This document shows positions 63,346 to 64,000 of a DNA stretch of 64,000 nucleotides, piece after piece (within the stretch, counting starts at the first letter, position 1; every line of letters begins with the position of its first letter). The notes under the pieces were generated by a model, which worked only from the letters and a program-made list of their open reading frames with translations, had not been told where the DNA came from and ran no database searches. This stretch comes from Sphyrna mokarran. Taxonomy: Eukaryota. The translations under genes and the position numbers were made by a program. The stretch covers positions 40,548,001 through 40,612,000 of the forward strand of contig JAGIQG010000008.1 in assembly GCA_024679065.1 (NCBI GenBank), read 5' to 3'.

Positions 63346-63607
63346 AATAGAATCCTTCAGTGCAGAAGGAGGCCATTTGTGCCAGGTCCTATCCCTGTAA
63401 TGCCATGCATTTACTCTAGCTAGCCTCCTGCCACTAAGAGGCAATTTAGCATGGCCAATCCACCTAACCCACAAATCTTTGGACTATGGGAGGAAACCAG
63501 AGCACCCAGAAGAAACCTATGCAGACATGGGGAGAATGTGCAAATTGCACATAGACAGTGATCCAAGCTGGGAATCGAACCCAGGTCCCTGTTGCTGTGA
63601 GGCAGCG
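63346..63607 (-). mobile_element. V-SINE (HE1-like), CR1-tail subtype, A-box end missing
   Basis: Tail ATAGAATCCTTCAGTGCAGAAGGAGGCCATT, V domain, B box GGGAATCGAACCC. Confidence 0.85.
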
Positions 63608-64000
63608 ACCGGGGTTCAATTCTCACCTTATCGTCACTGATATTGACTATATGTGCTATTCTCTATACTGTGAATTTTCCATTGCTTATATGCTACACTA
63701 TAATAAATCACATTGTACTATATTCATAAACATATACCCTAATATTGACAGATTTCATTGAGCAGCATTATGTAGTATTCCGTGCTGTATGCACTGTACA
63801 GTGTTTATGTGCTTCTTTGTGCTGTGTGGATATTGGTATATTATGGGTACATATTTCCAGGTGAAAAGAGTCTAGCTTTCTTTCCCTTTCAAAGTTGTAT
63901 TGCATCTGTGGTGAAGCATGTGAGCAGAATGATGGACACTTGCTAGATACAATATATAATATATTAACATATTTTATGTTTGTGGGCACCATCTGTCAAT

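Overview
Vertebrate genomic DNA, almost certainly a cartilaginous fish (shark), inferred from the repeat families: HE1/V-type SINEs, SacSINE1/Deu-type SINEs, CR1 LINEs with (TTCTATG)n tails and Penelope-type hairpins. The only protein-coding gene I can support is the 5' half of Wnt7b on the minus strand. It has exon 2 (4255-4481) and two alternative first coding exons, 12220-12290 (MHRNFRRW...) and 5376-5458 (MIIFLSRS...); neither first exon is translated in the correct frame in the ORF track. Exons 3-4 must lie left of base 1. The window is compartmentalised: a CpG-retaining, nearly transposon-free Wnt7b domain (~4.1-15.5 kb); a CpG-depleted block of nested transposon remnants (~16-47 kb: CR1, L2, Rex1, L1-like, Gypsy LTR, SINEs, MITEs); and two gene-less CpG-retaining domains (~47.1-52.2 kb and ~58-61.7 kb), the first with a compact USF/NF-Y/ETS promoter-like cluster. 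I found no complete new biological system. The best leads are the conserved dual signal-peptide exons of Wnt7b, the orphan promoter, a locally templated inverted duplication with a 13-bp target-site duplication, hairpin Penelope inserts carrying hammerhead-like cores, a very young CR1 family, and SINE tail swapping. All alignments were done by eye; repeat boundaries are approximate.
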